Assembly: GCF_009834535.1 (NCBI RefSeq)
Contig: NC_045705.1
Span: forward strand, 65,410,001 to 65,474,000
DNA from: Camelus ferus
Lineage: Eukaryota
DNA: 64,000 nt
Direction: 5' to 3'
This document shows, in pieces, positions 1 through 11,468 of this stretch (positions are counted from its first letter, which is position 1; each line of letters begins with the position of its first letter). A program made the position numbers and the translations under genes. The notes below the pieces were generated by a model. The model did not search any database. It was not told the origin of the DNA and was given only the letters and a program-made list of their open reading frames with translations.

Positions 1-80
1 CCCTTGTGAACAGAGCTGGCACCGGGGACGCTGGGGCATATTCCTCTTCTTATCCCCTGACCCTGGTCCCCTATACTCAC

Positions 81-119
81 CGTCCCGCTCAGCAGCCCAT
101 TGCCCCCGCAGAGCTGCAT
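81..119 (-). CDS. BATF2: BATF2 coding exon 1; gene continues off the left edge
   Basis: ATG at 119 reads MQLCGGNGLLSGT, then donor gtgagt at 80. Matches the recalled human N-terminus MHLCGGNGLLTQT and the synteny next to ARL2. Confidence 0.9.
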
Positions 120-255
120 GGTTGGGCAGGAGAACAGAGGCTCGCACTCAGTTCAGGGTGTCCCTCAGCTGCTGTGACCTCCCAAGGCCCTCTAGGGGCC
201 CAAGGAAGTGGCAGCTCTTTAAATCTCCAGTGACCACTCCGCCCCCAGCAAGCCA

Positions 256-370
256 AGTTTCAGTTTCTCCTAAAGCTACCGGCTGCTCAGAATCCTGGGC
301 TTGGGTTGGCTCACGTGGCTGGAATTTCCTAACATGAACTGGCCTTCCGGTTGGGCCCCTTCTCTGGAAG
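256..370 (-). promoter_or_regulatory. BATF2 proximal promoter: ISRE, E-box, NF-kB-like site, TTC-N4-GAA site
   Basis: AGTTTCAGTTTC 256-267 (ISRE consensus), CACGTG 312-317, TGGAATTTCC 320-329, TTCTCTGGAA 361-370. Confidence 0.6.
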
Positions 371-1685
371 GAGGACGGTGGAGAGTTGCCAGAGGAGGGA
401 GGCTGAAGACCAGGTGTAGGGAGGGTGTTTGGGAGAGGGAGGCAGGCTGCCAGAGACTGAGCCAAGAGGAGAAGGCAACGGGGGACCAAGGGCTCACATG
501 GGTTATGGGAGAAACTCTGGGCTCTACAATTGTAGGAGCCCAAGTTCACAGCCCACCTCTGGCACATTGGAGCTGTGAAGCTTTGAGAAGGTAATTTACC
601 CCCTCTGAGCCTGAGTTTCCTCATTTGTAAAGGGAGTAGGGGGATGATACAAATGCCCACTCACAGGCTTGATGTAGTAACTAAGCGAGCTAATACAACC
701 ACCCCCAAACCCTGTGAGACCAATGTTGAGGCATGTCTGCAAAAAAAAGCAATGCCCCTTAAGTAGAAGAACAGATGGATAAGTTACTGTGTTTTCATAC
801 AACAGACCACGCAGCAGTAAAGACAGGGACGTTTAGCAGTTAAGAGCACAGCTTCCAAGCTATGTGACTTGGGTACACAATTTCATCTTTCTGTGCCTCT
901 GTTTCCAAATCCATAAAGTGGGAATAAAAATCATTTATTGTCAAATTTAAATGAGTTAAGGCACATTAAGGCAGTTGAAACCATGCCTGGTGCAGAATGA
1001 GGGCTCAACAAATATTCACAACTATAATATGATGGAAGATTCAAAGCTGCACTTATCATCATGCCTAAAAGTTCAAAACATCCAATTGCATGAAAATAAC
1101 AAGCTGCAACAAGATCTGGGCAACATAATTTCTCTAAGGTTGAATAATATGGGTATGTAATTATATGCTAAAAGTATGAAAATAGGCATGAGAATGAGAA
1201 ACGCAAAATTCCGAGAGTGATGGCCTGGCAGGGGTGGGGGTGGAGATGGACTGAGGGAATACACAGGGACTTCAGTTGTGTCTGTGGTGTTTTGTTGCTT
1301 CAACTGTGGGAATACAGTTGTCTGTGATAATATGATTATCTACACTTAGGAGTATACCTGGTATGTTTCACTACAAAAAATTCTGTTAAGGACTTGGCAA
1401 ACCCTGAAGCCCCAGGCCAACCTGCATGGTTGCTGTATCTCTAAGAGGGACCATGCTTGGAAGGGACAAGAGTTTGGGGGATGGCAGAGCCATTAATTCC
1501 AGTCCGAGAACAACATAGCAACTGATGAGCAGTGGAGAGTCCTGTGACCGGATGACTAGGGCATTGAGTCCTGAGGGCTCAGGGCTGATGGTGTGGGATC
1601 ACAGGAATAGCAAATAGTGTGGATTTGATCTTCTGATAGGTAATAATGTCCTGAAGTACTGTGTAGATGAATTCACAGCTGCCTC

Positions 1686-1808
1686 TGTGGGGAGTAGGGG
1701 TTCGAGGGTAAATCTCAATAGTAGAGCACATGCTTGGCACGTACAAGGTCCTGAGTTCAATCCCCAGTGCCTCTGTTAAGGGGGACGGGGAAAAAAAAAA
1801 AATCCCAA
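1686..1808 (+). mobile_element. tRNA-Ala-derived SINE
   Basis: Diverged tRNA-like body with A tail; 12-bp TSD cacagctgcctc at 1674-1685 and 1809-1820. Confidence 0.8.
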
Positions 1809-3957
1809 CACAGCTGCCTCAGAGCTTATTAGAAAAGAACACTGAAATTCATTAGCAATGTCTGCTGTGCCATGATTGATTAATGCTGTCTGTCATGAGC
1901 AGGGTATTGAGAGTAATACTCTCCTGCTATGCCCAGAAATGGGCACGAAAACAGTTTGGACTTTAGAGTCAGACTTGACTCTGACATCTGGCACTCCACT
2001 CATCAGATCTGTCACCTGGAACCTCAGTGTCCTCCTATGTGCACTGTGGATGACAAAGAAATCATACCTATTTACAGAGTTGTTTTGAAGATGGAAAAGA
2101 ATGCGATGTGAAGAGAGCTCTTTGCATATTGTGAAGTACTATCTGGGTAGAATCCATTCCCATCCCTGAGATTTGTGGGTACACAGGATTGATGCAGCCT
2201 CATAATTTAAGTCTGGGTGGGTGGGATTGGGTATGACAGCTGGGCCTGGCTCTCTTTGCTTGTGAGGTGCCTGGGAGCAGAGGCTGAAGCGAGGCATCCC
2301 ATGCAGTGAGGCTGTCCTGATTTCTCTGAAATATTTTTGTTTCCCAGAAACCAGGAGGGCTGGGAATTCTTGCCTGAGGCAGGCACCTGAGGGGCTCATT
2401 AAACCAAGAGCTCCTCAGGGAAGAATCCAGGGGAGTCACCGCACATGATGTAACTGTGAAAAGACATCTGGATAGGAAAGTCTAGGGCCCAAGTATCCCC
2501 ACCCCAGCCCCCAGCCCCAGATCTTGACTCCAGTCTTCCCTTCTCTAGACCCTGGCATCAGGGTCTAGAGACCCTGTGAAGGCAAGACAGTCAGCAAGTG
2601 TGCCTATTGCCCCTCTCAGAAGGCCACAGCCCATGAGGAAGATCAAAGAAGGCAGCATTTATGGCTTGATCTCCCTGAGGAGTGGCAGGGAGGAAGGGAC
2701 ACAGAGTGGGTAATATTTAACCATGAATGGCTGTGCAAGGCTGGCAGGACAGGGTTCAGGACCATCCAGTACAACTTCTCACTTAGAATGTGAGGAACTA
2801 ATGACCAGAGAGGCAAGGTCACCTGGGGGAAGGGAGCGGAGCTGGAGGGAGGACACACCTGTCTCCTCCAGCCCTCAGTCTTTCTCCACACCCAGCATGG
2901 AAGAGCCTGGTGCATGCCTCAGTGTATGAAGGCTTGGAGGCCTCCCAAGCTACAGTGAGAGCTCCTGGGCAGCAGGATCGTTGGCTGTCTCACTCTCTGA
3001 AGCATCCCCAGTGCCTCAAACACTGTCTCCCTGTAACAGGTGCTCAATTAATAAATACATGAGTGAAAGTCAAGCAGGCAGCTTGCCATCTGGGAAGCCC
3101 AAAAGCTTCCTGGATGACTTTAAAAAAACTCCCGCTTTACTCTTTCCCACAGGACCTTCTCTGGGTTCCTGGGGGACTCTCCCTAACCAACCTCCTCATT
3201 TTACCAGTGGGGAAACTGAGGCACAGGGAGGGGATGGTCACACAGCTGGTTTGGGAGAAGCCAGGATACATTGATACCCTGTCCCAATTTCTTCCCACAC
3301 TTTCTGGGGTTGAAGAGATGTCGGGAGTCTCCAGCTACCCAGGCATAAGAAGCCCTCTTTCTAGGTCCCCCACCATGTGCAACCCTCATTTGAGGCCTGG
3401 CCTCCACAGGGTACCTCGAAGAAGTTTCAGATGATGGGTAGCAGAGAAAGAGTCCAGGTGGCTGCTGGTAGGGCTGAGGCTGGCTATCGACTTCCCATTC
3501 GCAGTTGTGGATGGGTCTTCTGGAAACTAAGCCTCAGCTGGGAGGGTTCACAGCCTAATGATGTGTAGGACGCATTGACTGGCAGGGCAAGGGAGGAGGG
3601 TGACAGCCTGCTTCTGTGAGGGCATCTGTGGTGGGCAGGGGGCATCTCCTGTTAGGGAGATCAGAGAAGGCTTTCCAGAGAAAGAGCTCTTTGGGGAGGA
3701 CATTGAAGAATGGGGAGGCTCAATCCCAGGGCCTAGAACTTGATCTTGAGCAAGTCATTTAACTAACCTCTTTATGCCTCCCTGTGAAATGGGGGTGATA
3801 ACGTAAGTATTTAATGATGTAACATAGTAAAGGGATTAGAATAGTACCCGGCACACAGTAAGTCACATAAACATCTGTTAAACTTTTAAACAAGTGCATT
3901 TGATAAATAACTGATGAATTTTTTGTTCATATAACAGCAGGCTTATATTCTGTTTTA

Positions 3958-3978
3958 TGATGATGATGATGATGATGA
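3958..3978 (+). repeat. (GAT)n microsatellite
   Basis: Visible tandem gat run. Confidence 0.85.
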
Positions 3979-4179
3979 AAAATGGCAGAGTGCAAGAACA
4001 GAAATGAGATTTTTTTTCTAATGAAATATATTTAATGAAGAGAGAGTTAGTGATTGTGTCCATATGTAAGAAGCAGCGCTTAGTATTTGATGAAAATGAC
4101 TCAAACTTTCTCATGCCTACAAAGGAGTCTCAGTAAGAGATGAGCAATTAGGGTTATTTGGATTCTTACTTTTATAAAT

Positions 4180-4570
4180 GAACTAAGCTTAAGTTACTGA
4201 AAAATGTAGAGTATAACAGCTTCAGGCATGGCTGGATCATGATGCCCAAACAGTGTTATCAGGAGTCAGTGTCTCACCCCATCTGCTCTCCTCTGGGCTG
4301 GCTAATTCTCAGGCAGGTCCTGCTCATGGTGGTAAGATGGCCATCAGAAATACCAGCGTAGCTGCCCTAGGAGGAGGGTGCATCCCTCCACTTGCTGCCA
4401 CTTTTCCAATAGTTCCAACAAAGGTCCCAGGCCTGGCTCTCCTTGGTCTGGCTTGAGTCATGTGGCTATTCCTGACATCAGGTATAGTGGCCAGGAGAGA
4501 GGATGAGACAGGCAAGGCTGGGGTCCCATAGGGACTAGAAGTGAGGGAGGGGAAACTTTCAGAGGGCATT
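4180..4570. mobile_element. MaLR (MLT1-like) LTR remnant
   Basis: gcttcaggcatggctggatc...ttctcaggcagg...ggtaagatggcc resembles MLT1J/K as recalled; boundaries approximate. Confidence 0.5.
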
Positions 4571-6847
4571 GGGGTGCTGTTGGCAGGAAAAGGGGAAATG
4601 GATGGTAGGCTGACACCACCACCTTGGCTTAAATTCAGATATGAGGAATTTGACGCTCAGCAGTACATCCCTGGGCCAGGTCACATCCCCAGGTAGGGTG
4701 GACTCAAAGCCCCATATGTCTCTGACACCAAGCCCAGCACTCTCTTATTGCTTCACAGGGACACATAAGCAGGAAAGCAAAGTCTTGCTAAGGGGACGGC
4801 TCCAGATGAACTGGATGCTGGGCAAGGACTGGGGCGGTGACATCCTGGGGACTCCCCAGGGCATAGGAAGGAAAAGACTGACTTTCACTTCAGCACAGTA
4901 TCTTGACTTTGTGAACTCTCATTAAAGCTGGAATCTGCAAATAGCTAGGCTTCCCAGGAACTGGGTGACTTCACCAGGGCTCTGTGATGCCATCACTACC
5001 CTGTCCTCGGTCAGAGCTGGCGCACATTCCCACTCCTCCAGTCCTGCTGGGCCCTTGCTGCCTCCAAAACTTTGTGCTTCTCACTGCTATTCCTAGGAAC
5101 GTACACATCTTTCCGGGAAGCTAACTCGAACTTTTGGAAGTGGGAAGGGAGTGTAAATAATAAACAGTTGAGTGTTGAAGAGTCAGAAAGACTCCCAGGG
5201 CTCGGTGGGATATGGCAGTGGTAGCCACAGCTCCAGGATTTTCCCAAGTGGTCCAAGTCCCAGACAGGCTTGAGTTCAAATCCCTGCTCTGCCTATTCTA
5301 GCCGTGTGACCTTGGACAGGGCCCTTGGTTTCTCTGGGCCTCAGTTTCCTTGTTTGCATAATGGGCTGTCACGATGACTGAAACCACGTACAGAAAGCAG
5401 TCACCAGTGGGCTCCTTTCTTGTTCTAGTGTCCCTGGCTGGCCCTCCCTTGTGATGTCACAGTCCCACCATCCACTTTGGATGGCAGAGAAGCCCAGGCT
5501 GGGCACCCGCTGAGGTCCTGGAAACTGGAGAGAAAGGACGGTCACCCCGGCCCTGGAGGGAGCCTTTCCACCCGTTAGACGGCTCTCTCCCTTCTTATCT
5601 TCTGCGTCGGTTCCCACAAGAGCACTGAGAGGCAGGAAGACCTCACTCAGAGGCTGGTTCAGGAAGCGGCCAGCCAGGGTCACGAGCAAGGGCTTGGAAG
5701 GCTGGGGTGGGGTGGGGGATAAAACCCCACCATGCGGCCAGCGACTCACAAGCTCAGACAAGAGAGACTTCGCCTTGGAGGACGCAGCCCAGGACTGTAC
5801 CAAGGGTGCCAAGAGCTTTGGTGAGGCAGGTTGGCCATCAGTCATGGTCAGAAGATTCTAGAGATTGTCGTCCAGTCTGTGCTTTACAGCTGGGGAAACT
5901 GAAGCTCAGTGAGCTGAAAGGATTTGGCCAAGTGCAAGGAGATGGCAGAGCCATACTGTGCTCTTCCTTCTTACTCTTCACTGATCCAGCTAACATCTCC
6001 CAGCCCGGAGTGGAAATAACAGGGACACAGGGCATCCTCAAAAGAAGGGGGAGCATTCGTACCTGTGGCAGAAACCTGCTTTGGGTTAGCAGGGGAAGGA
6101 CTGCTGACCTAGGTTGAAACACCAAGGAAGATGGGGCCTCCCACAGGAGTTCCAGGTTCCTGAGCCAGGAGGGGCCCCCAGACAGAGGAGGGCTAGGAAG
6201 TCCTCTTGGGAGAACTGGGTTCACCTGCAGCACGTGTGCTCCCAGGTGTGAGGCCTCAGGCAGCCTTGTGCCCTCTCTGGGGCTCAATTTCCTCATGTGT
6301 CAAATGAAGGAGTGTGATGACTGACTTCTGAGGGCCCCCTTGCCATGGCTGGAGGAAGGGACCAGCCTGAGGCCTCTTGGGAGGCGGACACCTCCAAGCC
6401 CAAAGGGAGTCATGCCCTTTGAGAGAACAGAGCATGTACTTTCCTGAACAAGGGTGTGAGCATTGAACTGAGAGTGGATGGACGTGTGGGCACAGGAGAC
6501 CCAGCACTGCTACTTCCTTACCTTCCAGGCCTCAGCTCCCACTCCGGACACCTGCAGGATGGTGGCTCTGAGAGGCCCTCCCCGGTTTGGACCTGGTCTG
6601 GGCATGGACCTCTGTGGGATCTCAGAGGACAGAGTGGGAGCCAGGCCTGCCTTGGTGTGGGATTCGAGGCGTCTGGCCATTAGGAACAAGGCTGATGAGG
6701 GTCTGCTGCTTTCTGGCTGAGTGAGCCGCTGGAAAGCAGTTAAAGAACCCTCTGCCCATTCTAGTCACTCAACAGTTATTTACTGAGCATCTACTATGTG
6801 CAAGCCCTGTTCTAGGTACTGTGAGACATCTGTTTAAAAAAAAAAAA

Positions 6848-6980
6848 GGGAGCTGGGGATAGTTCAGTTGTAGAGTGCATGCCTAGCATGCACAAGGGTC
6901 TGGGTTCAATCCCCAGCACCTCCATCAAAAAACAAGTCAATAAATAAACCTAACTTCCCCAACAAAAATTTTTTTAAAAA
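6848..6980 (+). mobile_element. tRNA-Ala-derived SINE, long-tail type
   Basis: tRNA-like body followed by aataaataaacctaacttcccc tail. Confidence 0.85.
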
Positions 6981-7010
6981 ATCCTTTTTGGGTGGGGGGT
7001 GGGAAGGAAC

Positions 7011-7214
7011 AGACTGGGATTTCAAAATGTAGAACAGATAAACAAGATTATACTGTATAGCACAGGGAAGTATATACAAGATCTTATGGTAGCTCACAGC
7101 GAAAAAAATGTGACAATGAATATATGTATGTTCATGTATAACTGAAAAATTGTGCTCTACACTGAATTTGACACAACATTGTAAAATGACTATAACTCAA
7201 TTTAAAAAAAAAAC
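7011..7214 (+). mobile_element. L1 3' end (cetartiodactyl type)
   Basis: ...tatactgtatagcacagggaa...aacattgtaaaatgactataactcaattt plus poly(A). Confidence 0.75.
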
Positions 7215-10200
7215 ACTAAATCCCTGCCCCATGGTGATTTCATTCTACTGGGGATGGAGAGGTGGGGGAGATTAAATGTAATAAATTAAGGGAATTATCA
7301 GGCTGGTAGAATGCCTTAAGTGTAATGGGGCAGCATAGAACAAAATAAAGGATTTGGGGAACGTAGGTGGGGGATTGAGTGGTTTCAAACTGAAATAGGT
7401 GGGTCAGGCTGGGCTTCACTGAAATATTGAACAAAAAAATTTTTGGAGATATTGGACATTTGAGCAAAAAGCTGAAAAGAGGGAGGTGTGACCGGAAGGT
7501 ATGGGTTAGGGGTGCTGGTCCCTAATGCCGTGGCTGGTTGGAAGATTGGTCAGGGGAGGAGGAACAGGTAATAGGGGCACAGAGCCCTGGGGACCACTCC
7601 TGCAGGGCCTGGGGGGACACTTAAGACCTTGGGCTCTAACACTGAAAGATATGGGGAGCACTCAGCAGACAGTGCAGGGCTTTGAGCAGAGGATGGACAA
7701 GATCTGAGCACAGGTTAGAAAGGTCCCTCTGTCTTGGGGAGGAGGAACAGGGAAACCTGCTGAGAGGCTCCTGAAGCTATCTGGTTGAGTAGAGCCTCTG
7801 GCTCACCTGTCAAGTGGAGATAACGTGGTACCTGCCTCTCAGGTTGCTGAGTGAAGGCACAGCAGCTACTCACCCCCTATCCTAGCCCCACTCACCAGGC
7901 CAGGCTCTGCGGGAACAAGGAGCATCTGATATAGCCCTGCTCTTGAGGACGAGGATGCCACAGGCATGGGTCAGGTGAACAGGGACAGGACTGTTGGAAG
8001 AGCTCAGATTTACCATCCCTTAACCACTCCTAAGGTTCTGGAAAGGCCTGAGGATGTCATATGCCCTGAGAAGGACATGTAACAGCTCATTGTCATCTGG
8101 AAGTTGGAGAGGATACCTCTGCCTCCCACAAGAGGCAGCTGGGCTGACATCTGTAATGAGGATGCTCAAATAATCTAACTCGTCATTTGAGGCATTCGGC
8201 TGTGGCCTGCAAGCTGTACACACCCACTGGGGACAGGGCCACCCTTGGATACTTAAGGCCTATCGGGAGTTAAGGGGTGGGAGTACCGGGGCAGGCCGGG
8301 GAGGACTATGGTCTACAGGCAGTTGCCCGTTCAGTGACTAGGTTATACATTCAACCTTCCAGCTCTGTTTACTAGTTAGTAGGACAAAACTTACACTTGG
8401 GTATGATGTCAACAAGTGCTGGCTGGTGCCTCTGTCCTATGCATGTGGGCCCCCGAATAAAACTTCATCATGAATGTGTCTCACCAGCGAGAACAGCAGC
8501 ATTCCTCTCAACAAAACTGTAACTTTATTTTGAACAACCTCATAGGAATATTATAGTTTAAAGAATCAAATAGAAAATTCATCTAGAGTACATACAAATA
8601 AATAAAGACACTACACAGATACACTTCTTGCTAATGCTTAACGATCAGTAATTACACTTAAGCGGGGTCTTTCCCTCTGGCTTTTGTTGTTGTTGTTGCT
8701 CCAGAATAACAAAATTTCCTTTATGATTATAAAGGTGACACATGAAGTGGACTATCTGGATCAAAAAGGGTATATCTCTTAAAATTAAAATCATAATGCC
8801 AAATTCTCCTCCCCAGACATTGGGTAAACACACCCTTTTAAAAGGCATCTAGAACTCTATCCTCTAGTCACAATCCACTTACAATCCTCAAGAGACTCTC
8901 CCTTCAAATGCAGGTTGCACAGCTGTCAGGATTTGTGTATTTCCATTTCATGATTCTTTCTTGTGAATATATATATATACACACACACACATACACACAC
9001 ACAGTTATATATAAGTACAGCTCCAGAGATCTACTTTCCCAGTTTTCTTCCAAATGTATTTCCCAAAGATTTTATTTCCTCAAGTGCACCCTTTCCTCCC
9101 TTCCATGAGCAAAATGAAAAAACTGTCACTAGGCCCCCTACTCCTCCCCACCCCCACACCTGATTTCTAACTACTGGCAATTATTATTCAAAAGTTCAAT
9201 ACAATTACTCCCTGGTCTCTTACTGTTTCATCAAGCTTTAAGGTTGTTTTTCAAATTGGTATCTATTGGAATCCTACTCTGCGGGCCCTAGGAAGCTACA
9301 CTAACAGCTTGGACAGGACAGGGCTTTAAAACCTGATATTTAAACAAGGATTTCAATGCAAGTAGTAGTAGTAGTGAAGTAGAAAATTCCAGAAGTGCTT
9401 AGGGCAATATTTTAAGTTTCCCTCAAACCTGCTCCAGAGTTAACAAATGAATTGCAGCAATCTTCAAATGTTGTGACTGACTCACTGTGTATACACACCC
9501 ATATAAATATCTCAAACAAACATTTCAACAAATACCACTTACCTTCACTTCTTGGGCAAAGACAGCGGTGTTTTCTGTTCTGTTCTGATCACTCTAATTT
9601 TGCTAATGTGACTAGATTGAACCACATGAAACTAGTATCTTTGTTGTCAAAGTGGTCAAACACGGGCAATTTCATACGATTCAACTTATTTGTGACACCG
9701 AAATTATTTCACAATCTACTTAATGGGGCTGTATTCCTGAGTGTGGAAGAAACATTGTTTAGGAGGTAATTGTTATTTTAAAAATTAAAATGGGTTTGAA
9801 AGTCATTATTTTCACTTAATATGGCATGGACATCTTTCCACAAATCTTTCTCAAAGTCTTCATGGAAACCACCTCACATGGGTATCGCAGCTTAGGTAAC
9901 TGATCCCCACTGATGGCCCTTAGATTTTTTCCCCCATGTCTTGCTGTTCCAAACCATGCCACAGTGAACTTCCCTGTCATAAATGTTCATGTGCTGGTGC
10001 TAGAATTTCTGTAGCATAGACTCATGGAGGCAGGAAGGCAGGCATCTTGTAATCTTAGTTGTGTCTCAAAGCCTTTGGAGACGAGTTATGCTCACTTTCT
10101 TCCCTTGTGCCTGGTGGAGAGTAAACAGTGCTGACCAAAGGGTCCAAGCCAGGCACCCCCTTCTGTCCAGCCCTCATCTGCCCACAACCTTCCTGCAGGA

Positions 10201-11075
10201 TGAAAAGTTCCAGCTCATGCCAGGTCTCTCCCTCTCAAAACAAACACCATGGAGGGACCTGGAAAAACGGTGTACTTTGCTGTTGACCAGACCATAGTTT
10301 AAATTGCTCTCCAAGCTCCTTAAACTTTCTGGACTCCACTATCACATGTGCAAAAAGGAAATAAGCCTCTCAGGGTTCCCGGGAGGATGAGGTAGAAAAC
10401 GTGAATGCTTTATAAAATTACACAGATGTTACCCATTATCTTCAGCTGGTGCCTGACTGTTCTTTCCCAAGCATTAGACAGAACCTACTCAGCTGCCTAC
10501 TTACATTTATCCTGTAGTGGCCTAGAGGAAGGGCACAAGATAAGACAATAAGGCTCACCCTTCTGAGTCTACAACTGCCTAGTCCCTTGCCTGGACTTCC
10601 TGACTTTTTCCAGATTTGAGCGCTAAGGTAAGGAACCAAACTCTTGGACAAAGTCAACGACAAAAATATTCAACAACAAATATCTACTGAGCACCTACTA
10701 TACGTCAGTCACTGTGCTAAGCACCATGCGCACCTCAATTTTCTCACTGGCAAAGTAAGTTGTGCTTCTCAACAGAGAAACAATGGGCATCTTGGTTGAG
10801 ACAATTCTTTGTGCGTGTCTGTCCCCTGCCCTCTAAACGACAGGGACTCTTGCCTTGTAATTAGGACAACCCAATGACGCCCCCACTCGTTTCCAAACGG
10901 CCCCCAAGGGGTATTTCCAACTGGATAGAGAACCCCCGGCCTACCCTCTACGATTCCAGGAGCCGGGGAAAGGGGGAAGCCCTGTAACTGGCAGGTTTAG
11001 AATGATGCCGAGGCCCAAGATGACCAGGAGTTGAACCTTGTTTCCGAGGAACAGAGCCTTACACTGGCCCTCGGG

Positions 11076-11405
11076 TGACGTCAACATGCTTGCGGCTCTC
11101 GGTTCTGAATCCTGAGTCAAAACTCCTACTCCCTATGCAACCAAGACACAACCCAGGAACTTCAGATTTCCGTTTCCACCCGAGCCTGGGCTCCTGGAAA
11201 GCAAAGAATAGCGGTGCTCTCATCACCCAAGCCCTCGGGATGCGAAGGGTTAACGCAGGTGACAGCGCAGAAGCCCCCAGCACTGCTGGAGGGACCAACC
11301 GACGCAGCCGCACTGCCTGGCCGCTTCGTGGTCACGTGGGTAGAGGACGGGCTCAAGTGAGGCGCCGGCCAATAGGCTGTGTTGTCGGTAGGCCCGATAG
11401 CCAAT
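11076..11405 (+). promoter_or_regulatory. ARL2 CpG-island promoter
   Basis: TGACGTCA 11076-11083, GTCACGTGG 11331-11339, CCAAT at 11369 and 11401; CpG-rich to about 12200. Confidence 0.7.
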
Positions 11406-11468
11406 AGGAGCAGGGAAAGGGGTCCCGGGACTAGGAAGAAACGGCGGCCCGGAGGGGGCTACTAGGTC

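Noticed and set aside
8215-8490. Possible solo LTR (TG start, AATAAA 8456-8461, CA end)
   Set aside because: No TSD and no recognisable family; too weak to call.
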